The notes beneath the pieces are model-generated. The model was not told the DNA's origin. It ran no database searches and saw only the letters and a program-made list of their open reading frames with translations. A stretch of 64,000 nucleotides of DNA from Octopus vulgaris (taxonomy: Eukaryota). Positions 55,213 through 64,000 of the stretch are shown here, piece by piece (position 1 is the stretch's first letter; every line of letters begins with the position of its first letter). The position numbers were made by a program, and so were the translations under genes. The DNA is taken from the NCBI GenBank assembly GCA_951406725.2, contig OX597817.1, positions 8,742,001 to 8,806,000 on the forward strand, in the 5' to 3' direction.

Positions 55213-55629
55213 TTTCTTCAAAGTAATATAACTTCTTTTTAATAACATGGGGGTGGGGGTGAACACTGGACACAGTCCCGCACATAGGAATTATTGTTTT
55301 TGTACTCATTTTGTTGGTTTTTTTCCGCTTTTTTGCATTTTTTTACGAACGCAAAGAAAAGGTATTCGTTTACACATGGAATTCAAACGGAAGTTGACAT
55401 TTAAAACAGAAGTTAATCTTGTAATATTAAGCATTATAATTTATGTTTAATATACAAATAAACTTTGAAGTTTAATCATTTTTTAATAATCATTTATAAT
55501 TTCTTCAAAGTAATATGAATTTTTTTAATAACGTGGGAAAAAAATAAACTGGACCGTCATGCACTTCTTCAATCATTATAATATAGCGAGATAGATAAAA
55601 ACTGCAGTCATATTTTCCTTTATCATAAA

Positions 55630-56020
55630 CTAGCAGTATCGCCCGGCGTTGCTCGGGTTTGTAAGGGAAATAACTATATAAGCATTTTTAGAGAGTTGTA
55701 GCCAAAAAATAGCAAAACAATGCATTAAAAATGGAAAAAATATGATGGTAAATTTTTTTTAAATCGTTGACTCATCGCAGACATTTTTAGAGAGTTACTT
55801 CCCTTATATTAAAAAAATATGCATTAAAATGGAAAAAAAATGATGGTAAATTATTTTTAAGATCGTAGACTCATCGTAGACGCGCGCTAATACCCAGAAG
55901 AGTTCGATATGAATCACGACTATAAGGTACCCGGTTTTGGTCAAACTGCACCGCAAAATGTGGGAGTAGTTATGAATCTAAATCGGAGTAGACAGACAAC
56001 CTCACTTTTATATATAAAGA
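55630..56020 (-). mobile_element. Non-autonomous Helitron
   Basis: Near-identical ends to 2130-2526, with internal subrepeats. Confidence 0.85.
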
Positions 56021-57205
56021 TTTGAGATTCCGGTTTTAAACTATCTAAATTGATAATATCAACAATACAATATTCTTTTATAATAAAAACAGGAGGCCGA
56101 TACAAAAGAGAATAGATTGCTATTATGCTTTTATTCTGGCGCCGTGTAAGTGATTTCAAATTTGTTGTAACCCTTCAAAGATATTTGTACTTTATGTAGA
56201 GTTGACTGTATATTGCATATCATACTAATCAGCTGCCATGATGATGCTGAATCAACAACTTATGGACAAATCCCACGGGATTTTAACAGTCATTTTCCAT
56301 AAAAATAAGTCGACGATATTATCATTATACAATAGTTATCTTGTGTGTAGGCGCGAACAAATGGAAGGAAAAATTTAAAACAAACCCTGTTCCACTATTT
56401 AAAATAAACACATACACACATATACAGAGATACTAAGCCCGTGAGGAATCTACGACACATCCTCTCGTTGTGCGATTTACAAATAGTAATTTCTGTAATA
56501 CAGTTTACACTTCTGGACCTCGTGATTAGGTTGTGGGACTTACAATCAAAAGGTAGTAGGTTCGATTCTTCAACTGGGTGGCCTGTTGTGTCATTGAAAA
56601 ATGTAGACTGTTGCACGTTGTACCTACCTGAAAATGGTTAGCAGCTGACTGCTAGTGAGAACTTCTTTCTTTTTTCCTTTGTTTGTTTGTTTCCTTCCTT
56701 CCTTCCTTCCTTCCTTCCTTCCTTCCTTCCTTTCTTCCTTCCTTTCTTTCTTTCTTTCTTTCTTTCCCTCCTCCTGTCTCTCCTCCTGTTGCTATATCCT
56801 TGATGCTTCGCTGAGTTAAGAGTGAGAGGACCGAGCGGGTGTCTATGTCTGTTCGCACCTACATATGCACCTAAAGCAAGCTACCTGTTAATATTCGCTC
56901 GCGAGTGAGACTAAACACAATTTCGCAGAGTTTTCTCTGACGAGTAGTAATTCAACCTGGTCTTCTCGTTTCTCTGTTTGTTTTCGTTTTCTATGTTTTT
57001 GCTTTTATGTTATCGTTTCTCATTGTGTTCAACGTTTTTTTTCATGTCTTGTACCCATATATGCATGTATATATCCATATATATGTAGGTATGTATATAT
57101 ATATATGTATGTATATGTGCATATATTTATATATTATTTACATTATATATATACACATACATACATACATACAGACATACATACATACATACATACATAC
57201 ATACA

Positions 57206-57237
<32 letters not shown>

Positions 57238-57306
57238 CATATATATGTATATGTGTGTGTGTGTAAGGCGAGCTGGCAGAAACGTTAGCGCGCCGGGCGA
57301 AATGCT

Positions 57307-57341
<35 letters not shown>

Positions 57342-58284
57342 GGGGGAAAGAGAGGAAGAGAGAGGAAGAGAGAGGAAGAGAGAGGAAGAGAGAGGAAGAG
57401 ATAGACAGATAGATAGATGGATAGATAGATATACATACGTTGATATAATATACCGGTTTTATGAAACGAATGTGTATCACTCTAATCTCTCCCACTCTGT
57501 CTCTATGTGTGCGGGGTGGGTGGGTTGTATGTTCTTCACCCTCTCCTAACCGCTTGTAATGAAGCCGCTGGTTGGTTTCATTGCATTCCCATAACGTAAG
57601 CAGTTCGGCAAAATTGACCGATGGAATAAGTACCGAACATAAGAAGAAAACGTAAGCACTAAGGTCGATTAGTTCAAGAAAAAGCCTTCAAGGCCGTTCT
57701 TCAGCATGACCGCAGTCCAACGGCTAAAGCAAAATCAAGTAGAAGCTAAATCATACAAGTATTAAAAATGTTCTTTAAATCTATGGGGAATATGAAGAAA
57801 GCTCTATCAATAAACGCGAAAATTCCATAAGATTTATAAGGTTAATATTAAGACTAACTTCTAAACATTTTACGATATTTATGTTCGTAGCGTTTGTTAA
57901 TTTTAAGGCAAAATTACAGCAGGTGCTGACATAGGCTTTTCTAAATATGTTCAATGTATGTCTTTTGCTATAAATTGACTATAACACACACACATAAATA
58001 TAATCCCATATCAATTTTGGTAAATTTTTTATTCACCTAAGATATAAGAGACAACAGAACTGCATATGTCTGTGCTCTCCTGTACTGATGTTAACTGAGT
58101 CCATCTTCATTGAAAAGTAGGGTTTACTTCAGTCGATAGTTCCGAGTTCAGACATACTTCGTTGCACCTTGGGTAAGTGTCTTCTACTATAGCGTCGGGC
58201 TGACCGAAGAATTTGGAGTGGATGTCATAAAAGTAAACTGAGAGTAGTCCGACGTATATATATACATATACATATGCTTATATA

Positions 58285-58620
58285 AGTACAGGACATCACC
58301 AACTGTAAACAACATGAAGTACGAAAACAAGCGATTTCAATACGCAAACAACGAGGGAAGAAAACAATTGAAAACAGGACAAATAACACAAAGAACGATT
58401 CTTCATCAGTAGTCGGCTTTCTATCTACTCCTCATTTCGTGCATTCAGCGACAATATGAGTCTTTGCCCCCATAACTTCCAAAATAAATTTTGGATTTTA
58501 TGGAGGGTCAAAGTTGGGAACAAAAACAGGACAGCGGAGACATACAAGGAAACCGAACGAAAACGAACACGGAGGGTTGTTAGACCAGAACGAGGGGTAA
58601 AATAGTGAACGCTGGAAGAA
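58285..58620 (-). mobile_element. Repeat terminus (possibly PLE-related)
   Basis: Reverse complement shares motifs with 50860-50990; flanked by TA-rich microsatellites. Confidence 0.5.
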
Positions 58621-58910
58621 ATATTTTCTTTGCATTTATATATATGTGTGTATGTATGTATGTATGTATGTATGTATGTATGTATGTATGTATGTATGTA
58701 TGAATTAGAAATGGATACCAAAATAATAAATTGAATACTTTATCATTAAATGATATATTCAATTCAATTTTATTATTTTATACAAACAAATGACACTTCT
58801 AGTAAATTACAGCTGTTTCAACACCGTTAATGGAATCACATTTTTCAAGAATAATAAATACCATTTTAAACATAACACCTAAATTTATGTATATATATGT
58901 ATGTGTGTGC

Positions 58911-58965
<55 letters not shown>

Positions 58966-59082
58966 CGTGCGTGTGTGTGGGGTGCGTGTGTGTGTGTGCG
59001 TGTGTGTGTGTGTGTATGTATGTATATATATATATATATATACATACACACATATGCATATATACACATATATATGTATTAT

Positions 59083-59123
<41 letters not shown>

Positions 59124-59246
59124 TATTTGTTTCCACCTTTGAAACTGTTTCTTGTACACGGTTGACCAAAAGTTTAATTTATTATTTTCCTATTTTTCTA
59201 GCGCGTAGAAAGGCTTATAGCCAATCCCTTGTTATAATTATATATA

Positions 59247-59303
<57 letters not shown>

Positions 59304-59335
59304 TTATGATTATATATATAATTATTTATATATAT

Positions 59336-59383
<48 letters not shown>

Positions 59384-59680
59384 CACGAGATCTGTCCGAT
59401 CTTGTGACTGACAAAATTAAGAATAAGGTTCCGCAAACTGCACTAAAAGATATATTTAACTGAGTGAAGTTGATATCTTTCAAAATATAAGTTCATTGCT
59501 TCGTAAATCAGCAATTTGAGCCATTTTTCAGACAACTCCGGTATCGAAAATGTCTAAGCAGAGGGCAAAATTTATGAAAAAATATTGCATCATCCACGTA
59601 TCGTTATACATAATGTGAATTAACTAATTTTCTTACTTGTGTAAAGATCTAATAGATAACTAGTATTTTGTCTTTATACC

Positions 59681-60093
59681 TATTTCTTTATTACCCACAA
59701 GGGGCTAAACACAGAGGGGACAAACAAGTACAGACATAGGTATTAAGTCGATTACATCGACCCCAGTGCGTAACTGGTACTTAATTTATCGACCCCGAAA
59801 GGATGAAAGGTAAAGTCGACCTCGGCGGAATTTGAACTCACAACGTAACGCAGACGAAATACCTATTTCTTTATTACCCACAAGGGACTAAACACAGAGG
59901 GGACAAACAAGGACAGACATAGGTATTAAGTCGATTACATAGATCCCAGTGCGTAACTGGTACTTAATTTATCGACCCCGAAAGGATGAAAGGCAAAATC
60001 GACCTCGGCGGAATTCGAACTCACAACGTAACGCAGACGAAATACCGCTAAGCCTTTCGCCCGGCGTGCTAACGTTTCTGCCAGCTCGCCGCC
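59681..60093 (-). mobile_element. SINE-A dimer (head plus two long-tail bodies) with 14-bp TSD
   Basis: TTTGTCTTTATACC (59667-59680) and TTTGTATTTATACC (60094-60107). Confidence 0.9.
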
Positions 60094-60274
60094 TTTGTAT
60101 TTATACCAAAACAAATTTAGAAAAAAGCGAAATTACATATTTGTATTCAAGATTCTGACCAGGACCGTCTCTTAGCAAAAAAGATCTCGAAATAGTAAAA
60201 CAAAATTCGACAATGTCGAATTCGATAAACTTTTAGTAGTTTTAGTAATTAATGTTATTTATTGAACAATCATC

Positions 60275-60670
60275 GAGCGTTTCTTATTCTTTTGATACAT
60301 CATATGCTTCTTGTCAGGTCTAGCATTAAAAAGAAAAGGAAGGAAGAAGAAGAAAAAATATGTTGGAATGGGAGGGGCCCTCTTAAAAATGTGTCTATCC
60401 ATGTCTATGTGGTTGATAACGATCTGGATGTCGGTGCTTGAATTGAGGTCAATCTCAACTCAAATACTATTTGCTCTGAAAACTCAGGCGCATGTGCACA
60501 CACACACACACACGTATACATATATAATTGTGTGTGTCTATGTGTGTATGTACGTACGTATGTATGTATATAGCTATGTATATACATACATTCAAATATG
60601 TGTGTGTGTATATATATGCATACATGCCTACATGTATGCACATGCATAAACAGACACACACACACACATG

Positions 60671-60718
<48 letters not shown>

Positions 60719-60960
60719 AGTATTATGTATGTATGTATACACACACATATATTCCAGAACAAGTAGTATTTAAGCTAAGGCTGACCTCAATTCAAACGCC
60801 GACATCTAGATCGTTATCAACCACATAGACTTATTTAGACAATTTTCTTTTTTTTTTAAATAAAAGTCCCGCCCAAATCTAGATATTTTTCTTGTCTTTT
60901 GTTTAAACAGAAGATCTAACAAGAAACGTGCAATATATCAAAGAAATCGGAAACAACTTG
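60275..60960. mobile_element. Old foldback element with microsatellite-filled centre
   Basis: GTCTATGTGGTTGATAACGATCTGGATGTCGG (about 60403) inverted at CCGACATCTAGATCGTTATCAACCACATAGAC (about 60800). Confidence 0.7.
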
Positions 60961-61492
60961 TTTGGGACAATAATTGTGAAACGGGGTGAACTTGGTTCTC
61001 GGTATGTGGAGTAATTTCGAATTTAAGCAGCGACTCCAAGTTATCAGTTTCATTCGAGCTCATCACAGATTTCGCATATGACACCTGCCTACTCGAATAA
61101 TTTCACATTTTGCCGCTTTATTTCTAGCCTCAAATGGCTTTTTTTTTTATAGCTGAAACTATGTCTTTCCCCATTTCTAAGTTAAGGGTAAAACTAAAGC
61201 AACCCTGCAAAATATAACTGATCTTTACACACAGACGCACAGAATAACAGCAATCAAATAACGACAGCGGAGTGCATAACAAAACATCAGCGATCTGACT
61301 GTCGCCTGTACTCTTGACAAGAGATACCAGTTAGTTATTTTACACCTACTAGGCTCGTTCGTGTTAGCCCGATTTGCTAGATAATTTTTCTTTCCTTTAA
61401 GAATATTGTAGAACGGAAACTTTTTATGGATTGGAATTTAAATCCTAATCTCTATAGAAATTTATTGTTTCAAAAAACATTGAATTTGAATC

Positions 61493-62156
61493 ATTATGTT
61501 GTTCACAAAAATTATGGCTGATTTCAGAAACAATTTTATTCTGGAAAAATTAACAATAGAAATGTTTTGATTAGTCAAACTATGAGATGTTGACACATAT
61601 GCATCTCTGGCATCGATCAACGAGATTATTTATGCCTCGTTGATAAAAACTTATTGACTTTGATGCTAAGAAATCTTTGGAAGCTGATTCCACCTCTGGT
61701 TTGGGCATGAAAGTTTTATCACTTAAAGACGTGTTTAAATGATTAAAAATTGGTAGTCAGTAGGTGAAAGATCAGGAGAATATGGAGGATATCGTAAAAT
61801 CTCGTATCCCGAGTCTGTGGGTTTCTACAACGTCATTCTTGCAACATGTGGCTTTGCATTATTGTAGAGCAGAATTGGGCCTCGCCGATTCACCAATGCA
61901 GGTCTCATTTTTTGCAAGTAAGCACGCATTTCAGCGAGTTGATCGCAGTAAACCTCTGCTGTAATGCTCTGATTGGCTTCCAAAAAGCTGTAATTGACAA
62001 CACTAATTGCAGTCCACCAGACAGTCACCATAATCTTTTGCTGATGCAACATTGGCTGACCGTTTACAGTTATCATAAAGGATCTACTTTTCGTCACAAG
62101 TGACTATTCGGTCTAGAAAAGGATCATTAGTGTTTCGCAGAAAGAGCTTGAAACCA

Positions 62157-62158
<2 letters not shown>
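61493..62158 (-). mobile_element. Mariner transposase relic (catalytic domain)
   Basis: KIMVTVWW...ITAEVYCDQL...RRGPILLYNNAKPH and PYSPDLSPTDY motifs. Confidence 0.9.
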
Positions 62159-62224
<66 letters not shown>

Positions 62225-62249
62225 TGTGTGTGTGTGGGTGTGTGTGTGT

Positions 62250-62426
62250 GTGTATGTATTTGTGTGTCTGTGTTTGTCACCCCACCATCGCTTGACAAAT
62301 TAGCGTTTCGGCAGAAGACACCGATCGAATAAGTACCAGGCTTGCAAAGAGTAAGTCCTGGAGTCGATTTGTTCGACTAAAAGCGTTACTCCAGCATGGC
62401 CGCAGTCAAATGACTGAAACAAGTAA

Positions 62427-62430
<4 letters not shown>
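62250..62430 (+). mobile_element. SINE-B 3' half
   Basis: CATCGCTTGACAA...CCAGCATGGCCGCAGTCAAATGACTGAAACAAGTAAAA. Confidence 0.85.
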
Positions 62431-62496
<66 letters not shown>

Positions 62497-63235
62497 GTAA
62501 AAAAGCAACAGGATATGAAGTAATGATGCAGTACGACCCTTTCAAGCGTCTCCATTTAATTGAACAATGCCATCATTACATCAATTCAAATGCAGTGTCA
62601 TCATCAACTGCACAAATAAATAAATAGAATTTTAACCAGTTGGATACATTAATATAATTTTTCTCAAGAGGGAGAGGGAGAGATAGAGGGGGAAAAGAGG
62701 AATAACTAGAAAGAGGACACAAACAGGTGTGATGATGTAAAAGAGATACGTAGTTACCTAGGCAGAGGGAAAAGCAAAAGTCAGAAACAGCAAAAATGCA
62801 AGAGAGAGCAGGAGAGAGATGGTGGTGAAGTGCCAGGATATATTCACAAGTAACAGGGATCAGAGCGTAGACGGGGTGGTAGAGTAAGGAAAAGAGAGAG
62901 CATGCCCTCAAGGTACGGATGTCATAATATACGCGACCAGATATTGCCAAGATAGCGCGAGTAGGGAGTGGGGATTGCAGTGACTGGTGAAAACCTGGCT
63001 ATGAACAGGGGGTGGGGGAAAGCAGCGATACAGTGTGCAGGGCAGTGAGGGCAGTGATGTGGAGTGGGGGATAATCATAGTGTACGATGAGGAAATGTGA
63101 GGAAGAAATTTAGAAGAGATATAGTTCGGTTTCTTGGAGTAGGGTGTGAGGAAAATTTATTGTTACATATAGGTGGGACACAATACATCTAGCACTCAGT
63201 TTTGCTGACGTAGGCGGATATTCTCTAGACCCTAC

Positions 63236-63292
<57 letters not shown>

Positions 63293-63656
63293 AAATTGAT
63301 GTGTTATAAAACTATTCTGCACATACCAACAACATACCAACAACAGCCATACCAACAATCTAACATACCTCCATCATCAGATATCACTAGGAATTCGACA
63401 CCTGGGCAGTACCATTCAATCCGGTGGTATCAATAGCACTAAAATAAGTGTTGTTTGGGGGGAAAAAACATGCCTTAGACATCACCACGTTCATTCAATC
63501 TTAATACTAGGAAGGATTAAACATTAACATCATTAATTAAACTACAACAAAGAAACACATTTACCCTATCTACAAAAACAGTATCGGTAAATAAATTCAA
63601 TTAGTAAACCTCTAACTCCTAAAATATCTAACTAAATAGCAACCTAACCCTTGAAG

Positions 63657-63722
<66 letters not shown>

Positions 63723-63724
63723 CC

Positions 63725-64000
63725 TCTACTTCTTTCAGTCATGTGATTGTGGCCAGGCTGGAGCACCGCTTTTAGTCGAGCAAATTCACCCCAAGTCATA
63801 TTCTTTGTAAGCCTAGTACTTATTCTATCGGTCTCTTTTGCCGAACCGCTAATTTACGGAGAAGTAAACACACCAGCATCGGTTATCAAGCGATATTGGG
63901 GGAGGGGGACAAACACAGACACACAAACATATACACACACATACATATGTATATATACATATATACAGGCTATAGTAGAAGACACTTGCCCAAGGTGCAA
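63725..64000 (-). mobile_element. SINE-B, internally deleted, runs off the window end
   Basis: Reverse family consensus. Confidence 0.85.

Noticed and set aside
62580-63655. Further PLE fragments flanking the (TA)n at 63240
   Set aside because: Composition is suggestive but I could not read diagnostic motifs, so they are left uncalled.

Overview
This is eukaryotic, repeat-saturated non-coding DNA, intergenic or intronic. The SINE families and extreme microsatellite load suggest a cephalopod (octopus) genome; that is inference from recalled repeat families, not a database result. I cannot support any intact host protein-coding exon, and nearly all ORFs in the track are translations of microsatellites or SINEs. 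Recognisable content: three or four tRNA-derived SINE families (called A, B, C and D here), Penelope-like element (PLE) fragments (RT, GIY-YIG, termini), an R4/Dong-type restriction-like-endonuclease LINE 3' fragment, old RTE fragments, mariner/hAT/Merlin-like transposase relics, several MITE/foldback elements and three non-autonomous Helitrons. The best lead is two separate U6 snRNA-derived sequences (18604-18649 and 35276-35376), each fused in the same orientation to the 5' end of a family-B SINE, which suggests a U6-headed composite retroposon. Other leads are minimal hammerhead-ribozyme-like motifs and long fold-back hairpins at PLE termini, an 863-bp non-coding element with a perfect 151-bp terminal redundancy, and self-multimerising SINE-A arrays. 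Boundaries of degraded repeats are approximate.
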